Assembly: GCA_002269645.1 (NCBI GenBank)
Contig: NIVC01000684.1
Location: 428,576-492,575, forward strand
Direction: 5' to 3'
Origin: Macrostomum lignano
Lineage: Eukaryota
Length of the DNA stretch: 64,000 nt
Below, in pieces: positions 31,801 through 64,000 of the stretch; within the stretch, counting starts at the first letter, position 1, and every line of letters begins with the position of its first letter. A model generated the notes under the pieces. That model ran no database searches. It was given only the letters and a program-made list of their open reading frames with translations, and had not been told where the DNA came from. A program made the translations under genes and the position numbers.

Positions 31801-34800
31801 TCCATCTTAGTTTCTCTGATTTTCAGCATCTGCTTTTGCGTAAAAGTATCCTGGCGTACTCTGCCATCCTCGTACATGTCTTCCAGCTTAAAGATATTTT
31901 GTAGAATTGTCTCATGCGTACGCAGAACTGTCTCGTACTCGGATTGCCGAAGCTTACTGAAATATGCTTCCGTCTTGCCATCGCAAACTTCAGAGAAAAA
32001 CTTGTTTAACAGGACGCGTTGAGCTTGAATCTCGTTGCAGTACGGATGCGCCCGGAATTCTCCGTCGTTGAATTTTAAGCTGCGTCTTTTATTTTGCGCT
32101 TTGTGACACAGATCTATGCTTTCACAGGCAAGTCGTTCCAGCTCTCGGAACGGCAATGGCTTCCCTGAATTTAGGCGGCAGTTAATAAGATGTGCGGATA
32201 AACCTAGCACCACATCGTCATTGCACTGAGTGTATATAAATCCTTCGTCATCTTTCAAGTCAAGAGCTTTCCGAACTAGTTCAAGAGACTTTTCGTAGTC
32301 ATGCGGCCCGTATGAAAATAGGTCGTTTCTCGGAAAATGTTTTTGCAAGCCTAATGAAAACATCTTCAACCTCAGTCCAGGAAAGTTGTTTTTTTGAGGT
32401 GCAGAGATTCAAGATCGACATTATAAAATCAGTAAACAATTTGCGTGGATCTAACAGGCGCTTGTCACAAGTAATAAGATCTTGAACAAGTTTTTGTAGA
32501 CAAGGCAGGAGCTGAGAACATTCTGCCATGCCGCAAATGTCGTCGATAAACGCTCCGAACTCTTTAGTTTCTTTTTCCTCATCAGCAATCTCTCTGAATA
32601 GGCACTCCAGGATGAAATTTCCGACAACAAATACAGGCGCAAACCCAAAGACTCGTGTGTGCTTTTGCACTGTCAACAAGTGTCTCTGCTTGCCGAGAAT
32701 AGCCAGAGTCCGGCTGGGATCGCCTTGCGCAGGTGATAGTCCAACACAGTGTGCAGCGATGGCGAGGTCAAGCGGCTCATGAGTAAAGCGCTGAACCATA
32801 GACGCAACAAACAACAGCTTTTTCTTAGTATCATCAATGTCGGTGAGAAGGAGCTCGACAAATTCTTTGATTCTGCGATAGTCTCTCTTGAAATACCACA
32901 CGCCGAAAAGGAACGGTGTGCATTCGGTCTCGTCACCAACTTCGGTAGCAAACTTTTCAAAATGAACATCGCCTCCTACGCTGTCATAAATAGCAGTGAA
33001 TGCTTCAGTTTCTTCATCGCCAAGCTCCATAGTGAGCACTAGAACTCGGGAATTTGATGGCTGACGAAACGAGTCAAGACCACTAGGAGCCACCTGTTCA
33101 GCAAATAAGGCAACAAATTGTGGGCTTGGTGTAAGCAGTCTTAACTCACTGACAAACGTTTGGACCGTGATGAAGTCAGCGGTATGCGAGTCAAACAGTA
33201 TGAGTACAGGAAGTCCTGATGCCTTGAAAATCAAACGAACAGCCTCAATAATTTCCTTTAGCTTACTGGTGCACATAGACTTTACCTCCAGACAGGGATA
33301 TTCTTGACGCAACTGCCACAAGACGACTCGAGCAATGGTCGTTGCTCCTGAGAGCGGATCATGCGGAAAACGGACGATTTGGTTTTCGAGGACACTTACG
33401 TTTGCAGCATTGCGATCCTTGCAATGATCCAGGGCGTTTTTCACCCGGTTTTTTAGTCTTTCAATTTCTCTGCGCTTAACATAAACTCTTTTGTTTGAAT
33501 TTTTGTATTCCAGCTGTTCTTTAAAGTAGAGCATTTCTCTTGAAAGTTCGCTACCAGCTAGAAACTCACGAATAAGCTCAACAGCCCTACTCTCTCTTTG
33601 CTTTTCGTCCAAATTTAAGTAACCTTTTTCACCAGCTCTGCTGTGATACAGTCGAAGGTACGGTTTGTAGCAAGCGAAGGTCTCGCGTGTAACGTTGAAT
33701 ACGCCAGAGACGCCCGGCAGTTCATAATCTTGTTGCCGACATCCCGATGGGCTTAGGTCGTTTAGCATATAGCCTATTTGATTGTCTGGTGCGACATAGG
33801 ACTCAGAGCCATGCATATTCTTTAAACTATTCTTCACCGCTTCATTAGTGTATAGAGTGATTAGTTGAAACTCTTCCGAGCTACCAGACTCAGACTCATA
33901 GGCGTCCTTCAGTAGGCCAGGTATAATATCGGGTCTGACTGCCGATGATAGGAATTCGTCTGCAGTGGCCGTGATGAATAGTGCGAGACACAGGACTGGC
34001 TTTGGGGTCACGTTCCTTTCAAAAACCGGCTCCAAGGCATTTTAACGGATCAGCTTTTTTACCTTTGCAGGATTTTTAGGCACAGAAATAGAACGCTCTG
34101 TGCAGCCATTGGCTTGAATGTAAATTGTTCGGTCACCTCGTTGGCACTCTTCCAAGTCGCTTATGTCTATTTTTTCTGAGAGCTCTGTGCAAGCCTTCAA
34201 TGAGTAAAGTCGACCTTGTTTGTTCATTTCTTCTTCTATCAATGCACAATGACCACCTGGTTTTCGACTTTCGTGATCGAAATCGATTATTATCTCCCAT
34301 TTGCCGCGACCAAGAGCTCTAGACAGTTTTTCTTTGTCGGCAGGACTGGTCACACCGGAAAACTTTGTTAAAATAAGCACTCGGAAAGATTTCATTGCCG
34401 TTTCCAATTTATTCCTAACGAAATACAGCGCTTTGGCATCGAAACGCTGCTTGAACTGACTGAATACGCGCTCTCGCATCGATTGGTCCCACTCTTCTTC
34501 TGGCAAGTTTTTTGCATCGTTTCTTGTATAAAGTAGTAGATTATCAATTCTGGCTTTGCCCGAAGTTCGTCTAGATCTATTTTTGAAGTACACTGGACCG
34601 CATTCTCCAGCAGGAATTTCGAGCAGACCGTACGATCCTTTGGTGATGCAGCCAACAGATTTAAAGTTCACATCTGCATCAAACTGCACCCGATGAAAGT
34701 ATACCTCAATACTCGGGAGCGTGCTGGAATTAAATAAATCCTGGATCTCTTCTTCCCCTTTGAGATACTGTAAAGGGGAAAAGTTCTTTTTCATGGTTGA

Positions 34801-35399
34801 ACTCTTTCGACTTTCCTCCTCAATGCCGTAGATCACGTAAGAGCTTCCACGACTAGAGTCAGTGATGCTGGGCTCACGGAGATCCGGCTGCAGCCCATTG
34901 TACATGGAGCAGGCAGAGCGCAGCATCCGGTAGTTGATATCATCTGACATCATGGATGATTTAAACTCCACGTGTGTAGACTCTTTCACATTTTTGCTAA
35001 GCAGGTAGATAAAAATCTTCTGTTCTGTGGAGAAATGTAGAAACGCCCTCTTGTCACGACTTAGGCTTGCACCTGAAGATTGAAATAAAAATAATAAAAT
35101 AAATATACTCATTAATTATAGTCAAGCTTTCAAGTATTTCATATTGAAATGTAAAACAGCAAGTACTATGATTTCAGAAAAATATGAATCTGCAGTACAC
35201 GACAGAATGATGAAAGTTTGAACCATGAATTTTGATTACATGTTAAGTAAAATTGTAGCTTTATAAAAAACTATTAATCAGATAAATAAGTAGGATAAAA
35301 GAATAAATAAAGAAATTGCAATGGGGTGCATTTTAATCTATCTTTATTTTAGAAATTACTATTTTATTTCAATCTCCGCAATAAAACTCTTTAAGTATA

Positions 35400-36040
35400 T
35401 ACGTCTATTCGTTTAAATACGCTAGTTAGTTTAACCGAAATGAGTTTTGTTTTGCCGATCTAACTAATTTTGTTTTAACGAAGTTTTGTTTTAATAGCTA
35501 TTTTGTTGTCCAATGGGAGAATATTTCGACAGTATAAATAGAAGGAAAATAGACTCGAGAATAATCAACCTTGGAAGTTAGCCTAACTAGTTAATTGTAT
35601 CTTTGGTTCAAACAAAACGTTAATTAAGCAGTCTTTCTGTCTCAGTTATTTGAGGTGAAAAGTTTAAGTCAGTGATTGTTGAGTAAAGCAGGATTACAGA
35701 GTAGTAAAGCCGTTTTGGATAAACAAAGGGCGTTTTTGCCAGTTGATTGGTAAGTAAGCATTCTGCGGAAGGATTCCCCAGAAGTGGACATAAACTGTTA
35801 CAGCCGAAATAGCGTGATACAGCGCTAAGTCAGGATAGGTAGTGCTGTCATTGGTAACACCGTGTTGGACTGTACAAGTTAGTGCTTAGTAGTCAGCAGT
35901 GTCTTGCTGTTGCTGCTCGGGCACTTAAGCTACCAGGGTAGATCGTACTGACGATAGCCCATTCACAGTTAGTAAGATATTTGTAGTACATTGAGGCAAC
36001 AGAGGTGAGATGAGGTCAAGTAGAAGACTTAGTAATAGCA
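35400..36040 (+). mobile_element. LTR-like leader A preceding PBS-repeat array A
   Basis: Shares blocks with 36440-37200 in the same order: aacgaa...tttgttttaat, tataaata, tgc[t/c]gctcg..cact...gctaccaggg about 110 bp before the array. Boundaries are approximate. Confidence 0.4.
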
Positions 36041-36214
36041 ACTTGGTAACATTGGTGGGATTACAGAAGATAGAATAAGTTTCGCTGTAACAACTTGGTG
36101 GCATTTAAGTGGGATTTATCAGAGAGAAGAAACAGACCTACAACAAATTGTTGGCATTAGTAGGGTGGAGTAACTAAGAGATTATAAGCCTACAACAACT
36201 TGGAAGGAAGGGAT
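36038..36214 (+). repeat. Repeat-spacer array A: four degenerate (ta)caac(aac)t-TGGTGGCAGCGGTGGGAT-like units, period 52-53 bp
   Basis: PBS-like cores start at 36044, 36096, 36149 and 36201, separated by non-identical A-rich spacers. Confidence 0.75.
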
Positions 36215-36439
36215 ACATGAAAAGAACTTTTAAATATATATATATATATAAAACAAACAAACAAGCAACAAATTATTAACTTACAGTTTCTGAGCAAAGT
36301 TGTATCCAAAGGAGTTTCCTGTAGCTCCTCTTCTCCTTCGGATGAATTGGAGTCCTGCAAATCATCTGGAACATTTTTGTTTGGATTATGGTCATAAACA
36401 TCCATAGTATAGATAAAAAAGTATAAGTGAGGCAGGCCC

Positions 36440-37197
36440 GATGTGTTTAAATATTCACGTAACCATGATTTTAAATTTCCGCCAAACTACGCTTAACAAC
36501 GCATTTTTGTTAGAACGAAATCTTTGTTTTAATGGGTTTGTTTTATTCGGGAAAATTATTTTGTTAAACCGCTATAAAGAAATTTGTTTATTCACGACCC
36601 GCGCACCCCACCTCCCCTTTTTGAGACTATAAATACAAGCGATTGCGGGCAACTTTTTCTTTATCCCGCCGTTTCCTTGATTCGGTTAAGCAAAGCAAAA
36701 CGTGTTGTCTTAGTCACTGGAAAGCAAGACAGGAGAGAAAGCTGTAAGAAGCCAGAAAAGGCCGTAAGAGGCCAGGAAAGCTGTAAGAAGCCAGAAAAAG
36801 CCGTAAGAGGCTAAGAAAGCTGTAAGAAGCCAGAAAAGCCGTAAGAGGCCAGGAAAGCTGTAAGAAGCCAGAAAAAGCCGTGAGAGGCCAGGAGAGCTGT
36901 AAGAAGCCAGAAAAGGCCGTAAGAGGCCAGGAAAGCTGTGAGAAGCCAGAAATAGACGGTCGACGAGTCGGGCAACTCCTTCCCAGGGAGCCCGCAACTA
37001 AATATAGGGGATTAATAGTAGTAATAATAATAGTGGTGAAATTCAAACTACATGTAGATCAGTGTTTGCCGCTCGACACTGCTACCAGGGCGACTTGCAT
37101 AGATTCAAGGAGTCCTTAGATTAGAATTCTAGACTTGATATTTTCTAAGAAACAATAATTGACTAAGCAATTTTATGGAGTAATAACTATTCTAAAT
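36440..37197 (+). mobile_element. LTR-like leader B preceding PBS-repeat array B (contains a 39-bp tandem repeat)
   Basis: Homology blocks with leader A. A purine-rich run ends at about 36437, just before tgtg. Boundaries are approximate. Confidence 0.4.
36737..36951. repeat. 39-bp tandem repeat (gccaggaaagctgtaagaagccagaaaaggccgtaagag), about 5.5 copies
   Basis: Read directly. Confidence 0.9.
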
Positions 37198-37410
37198 TAC
37201 AACAACTCGATTCAGCAGCGTGATTATAAACTAGGAAGTGGATAGCCCTACAACAACTTGGTGACATCGGTAAGATAGTCTACAATAGTTAAACACCCCT
37301 GGTACAACTTGGTGGCATAGTGGAATAAAAATACAATAATAGTAAAGACACCTACCACAACTTTGGTGGCAGCAGTGGGATCTTAACAGACAGAAATATC
37401 CCCTACAACA
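37198..37410 (+). repeat. Repeat-spacer array B: four PBS-like units plus a truncated fifth, period 51-54 bp
   Basis: Cores at 37207, 37259 (tggtgacatcggtaagat), 37310 and 37364 (tggtggcagcagtgggat, 17/18 to the tRNA-Leu PBS TGGTGGCAGCGGTGGGAT). Final ccctacaaca at 37401-37410. Confidence 0.8.
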
Positions 37411-38794
37411 TAAGATTTTATATTATTTTGTGCCCCCCCCCCAAATGAAATTCGAGATCCGCCACTGATGACTTACCCATTCGTAAGCTTATATAGTAGT
37501 AGCTAGCTCGCTTAGCAGCAGAGCCACTCTTTCAAAGTAAGAAGGGTATTTACGTTCGAAAGCGTTAACATAGGCCTAGTAATTGATAGCTCGGGTAAAA
37601 TTTACGCTTTTCTACTCTTGGTACGAAAGAATTACTTACAATTAGAGAATAATTTAGTTGATAATTTAGGAAATTATCAACAAAAAGTTACAACACAAAA
37701 ATCCGCATTAAATATTCATATTTACAACTCAATTTAAACTTTTGCGAAGAAGCTTCGACAATCTGTTAAGTATAACAAGTTTAAAGTATATTTGCCAAGG
37801 TGAATACTAAAATAATGACAGCGTTTCAAACTTGATGTCTTCTTTGAAGTTGTTGATTTTATTACTCGTAGTTGTTGACTTCAATGTTTTGACAATATTA
37901 AAATACGACAGGTACATTCATGCTTGCGCTCTTGCACCATGTATTGGTCAGTGTAGTTTTAAATTATTTCACATTCATAGCGGAATAGCAAGTATGAATG
38001 CATGAAAATTATACGCTAAACTTTTTGGCATGATTATTTACAGTAATTAGCTTAATAATTTATTTTATGGAAGAATAATGTAATTCGATACGCGCCTATA
38101 TACCCTGTATACTCGACGCGTTTCAGTAGCTAGTAGCTAGCATTCTACTCGTATTATTTCCCTTTGTAATTAATTGCTCGCAGTTTTGGGATAAGTGTTG
38201 ACGTTGTTGGTTTTAAAATCAGTATAACCATGCAGGATCTGGCACATGAACCTCCCCAATGCATTCGTTAATGCAGCTGAGCTGCACTGCGTCTCGTTGA
38301 TCATATGAGACATTACGTAACTTTTTCTGACTGACTATAATGTATATGACTGTTACCTAAAATTTGAAGGCTTGGCTGCTTTAGTCATGAACAATGTGGT
38401 TTTGCGCGAATAGCATTTAATTTTTTCAGAATCGTACCCTGAAGCTTCAATGGGCAGCTTTTAGTTATAGAAAATCTGATCAAAAACAAATATAGTATTT
38501 TGTCAAATACTAGCCAAAAACTTGACGACGAACTCAGTAATAAAATATGCATGCACATGCATTACAGCTTCAAAATGAGATCGTAATGATTAGGGGGAGA
38601 TTCCAATACTTTGTTCCTCCCCACCCCACCTATAATTGTGTTAAACATGTAACTTTTGAATCAATAATTTTGCTTTCGGACGCCAAAATATATAGTGCTC
38701 TGCTTTCTGTATCAAAATAAGCACCTGTCTACGGCGCCAAAATGAGTGCAAACAAAACCTCATTTCCAAAATTATTTAGGATTCTTCTGACTTT

Positions 38795-40810
38795 GTCCCC
38801 CTACCAAAAAACCAGATGGCAACACTCCTGAAGAACGCAACGTTCAGCAGCAGCACCTTCAGCACCGGCTGTGGGCAGTATGATGTGGCCTTCCAGCTGG
38901 ACTCAGCGCGGAGGCAGGGTTCGATCACGTGCTTGTGAGTCTTCGTGAGCGTCGCCGTGCTGTCAACTGCCGCCATATCACGCCGCTGGCTTTGCGGTCC
39001 GACCATCGGCTCCTCGTCAGCGACCTGCTTGTATACAATCCGCTTTACCGTCCGCCGAAGCAGCCACTGCAGCGCTACTACCGTGCGCTCAAGGAGACCC
39101 AGGCCCGTCGTCATTGCGCTAGTGCCTTTGTCAGCGCGCTTGGCGAGGTAAGCGCCGCAGTTAGAGCAGTCCCGCTGAAGCGACCGGCCCAACGTAGACA
39201 GCCGGTCGGACAGGATGACCCTGCGATTCGGCAAGCGAGGGCAGAGCTGGAGAAGCTCCGTCTGAGCAGGTGGCCAACTCGCGAGGCGGAGGAGACTCTG
39301 GCTGCTGTCTACCTGCAGCGGCAACAGGCCGCTGTTGATGACGCCATCCAGGCCGTCACCGCCGCTGGGACCCGACGCCAAAGGGCGCGTGGCCTGGACC
39401 GCCATGAAGCTCTGACCAGGCGGAAGCGGCGCATCCCGCTCAACCTGGCCGGCGATACTCCGAGAAACGAGCTGCGCGCCTGCGCGAGTTCTTCGCCGCT
39501 ATCTTGAACGCGCCGCCGTTCCCGTTGCCAAACGATCGGCCGCCAAGGGACGCTGTTGCCGGCAGAGGAGAGTTTCAATGTAGCAACAGTCAGCACAGCC
39601 GAGGAAGAGCGCTGGGTCCGGACGAGGTGCCCATCGAAGCGTTGCGACTCCACTGTGTTGCCAGAGAGGTCGCCAGTGTGATGAACCGCGTATGCTTTCG
39701 GTGAGGCGGCATCCAACCAATGGATCACAGCGCACATCATCGCTATTCCAAAGAAGCCGGGCACCACGAGGCTTGAGGAACACACTTGAGTATCTGCCTG
39801 CAGTTCTACGCTACAAAGCTGTTCAACCTGATGCTGCTATCGAGGTAATTGCAGCAGAACGGCTTCCGGCCCCATCGCGGCGCAGTGCAGGCACAGATCC
39901 TGGCTCTTCGCCGAGTCATCGAGGAAGCACGGACCCGCCAGTCGAGCCTGATTGCTCTCTTTATCGACTTCAGGAAGGATTTCGACTCTGTCGTGAGGGC
40001 CGTGCTCCCTATGGTGCTTCGTGCTCACGTGCCAGAGCAGCTGATTTCCGCCTTCATGGCGCTGTATCATGGCACGAACGCTGCTCTACTAACACCAGAC
40101 GGCCTGTCGGATTTCTTTGAGACATCTTCTGAGGTGTTTCAGGGAGATACCTGTTCGTCCTGGTGCTTGACTGGGTGCTGCGGACTGCTCTCTCTCTTTA
40201 CGAAGACGGCTTCCTGCTGCAGCGACGCGTGGGTTGACGTCAACCGGAAAGGAGGCTCAGCGTGCTTGGCTATGCGGACAATCTCGCCCTGCTGTCCTCG
40301 ATCGTCGAGGGCGCCCAGCGCCAGCTGGACCGGCTGGTAAGCATTGCGGCGAGCGTCGCGGCCTGGTGGTCAACACGCAGAAAACCGTCGTGCTCTGCGG
40401 TGCCGGACGACGTTGAGACTGAAATTTTCTGCCGAGGCGCTTACGGACAGGAGACGAGCTGTCAGCAGTTCGTCTACCTCGTCGGTCTGGTGCCTGACTT
40501 TCGCGAGGATCTGCAACGTCGCCGTGGACTTGCTTGGGCTGCCTTGCGTTCCGTCCCAGCGAACTGTTACGCCGTCGGCGACTCCAGCTGGGAGCATGGG
40601 GTAATTTTATTTTTATCTGTTTTTTCTCAGGTCATATTATCCGAGCAGAGTCCTACTGCCCAGAGCCGGTGCAGGAGGTGCTGCTGCTGACGCTGCAGGC
40701 ACCCTACCGGCGGGGCAGGCGCGCACTCGGCGTTTCGTCGACTGCCTGCTGGCTGACGCTGGCGCCCCGGACACTGCCGGCGGTGCGGCCTACATTTGCG
40801 CCCAGGCCCT
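38795..40810 (+). mobile_element. Degenerate, 5'-truncated non-LTR retrotransposon (APE + RT, RTE-like)
   Basis: Frameshifted fragments: SDHRLL (APE end), GPDEVPIEAL, IIAIPKK, QNGFRPHR, FIDFRKDFDSV, VFQGDT, GYADNLALL, FVYL. Confidence 0.88.
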
Positions 40811-42907
40811 GAAACACACCCTGTGACATTGTCCTGGCAATGTATTTTGTTGAGAACCGATATCACTAGTCTAGATCGTCCATATCCATCTGTGCGATCC
40901 TTTTTGATTCGATTTATGTTAACAAAAAACTTTATTTCCACAGGAACACTATGCAATACAAACCGTTCAGAATAATCATCTAGCAACCCAATTATTCGAT
41001 TAATTCACACTTTAATGAATAATTGCACATAAAATCAATGAGTTCCCAATTCCTTAATCTCATGAGACACCTCTTCTCAACTCATTTAAGTTCTCTCAAC
41101 TCTCTCAATCCATTTTTATATACTGTATATGCATGTAATTAATCCTTTCCACATCGGCTCATGTTAAGGACTTGCATGCGGTGCTTTTATAATAAAAACA
41201 AAACTATAGTATCTCAGTAGTGCATTTCTACGACGAAATCGGCCTTCAAAAAAATTCAACGAAAGCTAAAAATGTTTCTTTATCATAGTTTCAATTAGTT
41301 TTGCAAAAAACTATAACAACTGTATTATTTATTTTGTGTTGAATATTTTCTAGAATTTTCTAGAGAAGACACATGAGCTTTTGCTTACTTCAACTGGTTC
41401 TGTGTTTTCTGGATAGATCTGGCTGGAACCTCTACATATATCATTTTATTCAACCATGAATGCATCTTTGTGAATTGTAAGAAGACAAATAGAAAAACTT
41501 CTTATTCGAAATGCCACGTAGCAGCTACACTGCATCTTTCGGTTGGAATAGCTCAGGTTGGATTAGGGCGAATGCTTATTGAAGACAGTTGGGTGGAGGG
41601 CTACTTGAGCTATTCAAAGCAGCCCTATTGTATATGGCCACAAGGTGGACAGTCGCGAGTTCAACCATTGCCAGTTGGAATGCGCTTCGTAAAAGCTATT
41701 CGTTGAAGCAAAAAATGCAGTTTTGGAGGTTACAAAGGCTCGCAGTTGGCTTCATGCAGTTGAAAGGCGTACGGCCCGAACTTGGGGGTAAGAGAATTCT
41801 TACTCAGACAAATAAAGATGCCTTTACTGTCTTATCTAAGCGCGTCACTGCTTTCCAACCGACCTCATGATGGAGAAGAAAGATAACGACACGAGGTTAA
41901 TATAGCTAGCGAGATGCTGAGGAGCCCCCCCCCTCTCCCAGCTGGTTCGAGTTCATGCGTTGGTCATCGGCTGAACTACCGTGCATGCTCTGGGGTTTAT
42001 GAGAACTGCTTGCACTTGGTGCTGACAAACAGTCTTCTGGTTAGAAGCAAATATGAGTTTCTAAGAAATACTTGGCATGCAGCAATACAGCAGGAGAAGA
42101 AAATGTATAACTCGGGTAGAAACAGGGAGACAGAGAAAGAAACGAACAGTTGAAGCCTACGCATATTTGATTTACCTGTCTGTCTCTTCACTCGCATCGT
42201 TCCTTCGTTGCCTCTACCCACTCTCTCAGCCCCTCTCAGGCTGCATGCAGTCAGTTCTCCATAGTAGTTGTTTGTTGAGGCAGCCGCCTGCGGTGTGTGC
42301 AAGTATCGCAGGAGACAATGAGCGCAGACACACAAGCAGCACACTGGGTCAGCTTCTTTAATTCTGTCGGAGCATAGTGAGTACGAGCTTTATATAAGGC
42401 TGGATAGGTTAAGTCAGAGACCCCTCAGCACCCTGACTCTCCCTTTTCTTGAAAGAGATTTTTCCAAATAGCATACCAAATAAATTTGATATTTCGACTA
42501 TATAGTGTGATTAAAGCAACCACAGATAGCTTACGGATTAATAAATCAATTTCATAAATTGAGCGTCATTATCCGGACGAAAGTGGCTGACGCGCAAGAG
42601 TCGAATTACAGTTTGCATCAAACCTTGACTTTTTGTAAGTGTTGTACGTCGTACTTGTTTTTTTTGATTGCTGAGTTACATAAATTATACAGTTTATTAC
42701 CTATCATTACATGTAATTGTACACGGAATGTCAGTAATTGTCAGACATTCAATAAAACAATTTTTTGACATAAAATTAAATGTCAAAATTATAATATATA
42801 AGTTGAATAAAAAACTAAGGGTTTAAACTGTATAAATTGGCATACAAGTTGTTAAAATAACTGTACAAACAAAGAATTTAAACGTTGCTATATTTTCCTG
42901 CACTGTA

Positions 42908-43215
42908 GGGGTTGTAGCCTAGTGGTCAGAGCGTCGGACTCACGACTTGAAGGTCGGGGGTTCGATTCCCGACCCACTCGGAACGATTTGTGTCCTTGAG
43001 CAAGACACTTAACTCTGCATTGCTTCAGTTCACCCAGCTGTAAAATGGGTGCCAGCATTAGCTGGATAATTGAGGGTGTGTGGTGACCCCCCACCAGTCC
43101 TTGGACTGAACAGCCGTACGCAGCCTTCAGATGCGCCGCGCAATAGCTGCGGCTGAGCTGTCGGTTGCACATCTGGCCCAGTTGGGGCAGGTGTAATCAA
43201 TTATTATTACTATTG
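42908..43215 (+). mobile_element. tRNA-derived CORE-type SINE
   Basis: A-box tagcctagtgg, B-box gggttcgattcc, then tgtgtccttgagcaagacacttaac...tcagttcacccagctgtaaaatggg (42989-43049), resembling the MIR/CORE consensus as recalled. (att)n tail. Confidence 0.8.
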
Positions 43216-43377
43216 TTTTTTATTATACTGTAATTTATTAGAAAAATCTAGACTACTCACAATGCACTACTAGCAGTAGTTAAAAGCAAAAATGCCGTAA
43301 ACTATAAAAATAAACTTGACAAACAACACTGATACAGCATCTACAGGAGGTTAAGACAAGACAGCAGCAGCAGCATA

Positions 43378-64000
<20,623 letters not shown>

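Larger units (their letters stand above)
31644..36405 (-). pseudogene. SAMD9-like: SAMD9/SAMD9L-family gene lacking a SAM domain (AlbA_2/Schlafen nuclease, SIR2-like, STAND NTPase, TPR); disrupted, or carrying sequence errors
   Basis: Exon 1 36405-36285 (MDVY...LLRN, GTAAGT donor, phase 1) fits acceptor tttcaatcttcag at 35073 (phase 1). Motifs: HVEFK...RSACSMYNG...VIYGIEE (AlbA_2), KWEIIIDFD and YIQANG (SIR2-like), HDPLSGATTIARVVLWQLRQEYPC (SAMD9-type P-loop, cf. HPGCGGTTLAMHILWELR), PFLFGVWYFK. In-frame TAA at 34044-34042, frameshift near 32310-32330, stop at 31644. Confidence 0.8.

Noticed and set aside
36038-37410. True CRISPR array
   Set aside because: Eukaryotic context, degenerate non-palindromic repeats and no cas genes. 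Reported instead as PBS-repeat arrays.

Overview
Eukaryotic (metazoan) genomic DNA with spliceosomal GT-AG introns and very dense mini- and microsatellites. The style resembles a repeat-rich free-living flatworm such as Macrostomum, but that is inference only. There are four zones. (1) 1-22.1 kb: a head-to-tail minus-strand array of seven alpha-SNAP-family paralogs with no coding introns. Near-identical SNAP cores carry unrelated N-termini: a myristoylation/Cys-string, single TM helices with or without a glycosylated ectodomain, a double hydrophobic segment, or a ~700-aa repeat stalk. One copy has an internal UGA. (2) 23-31 kb: a deleted ORF1+RNase H non-LTR element and MITEs. (3) 31.6-37.4 kb: a SAM-less SAMD9-like gene (AlbA_2/Schlafen + SIR2-like + STAND NTPase + TPR) with lesions. 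Its short first exon is flanked by two LTR-like leaders, each followed by a ~52-bp-period array of tRNA-Leu primer-binding-site-like repeats with unique spacers. (4) 43.4-64 kb: a 9-exon plus-strand plakin-domain gene (spectrin repeats + SH3) whose last exon exceeds 10 kb and encodes more than 100 copies of a 24-aa repeat. Almost every intron carries its own satellite, and one holds a solo-LTR-like insert. All protein family calls are from recognised motifs, not database searches.
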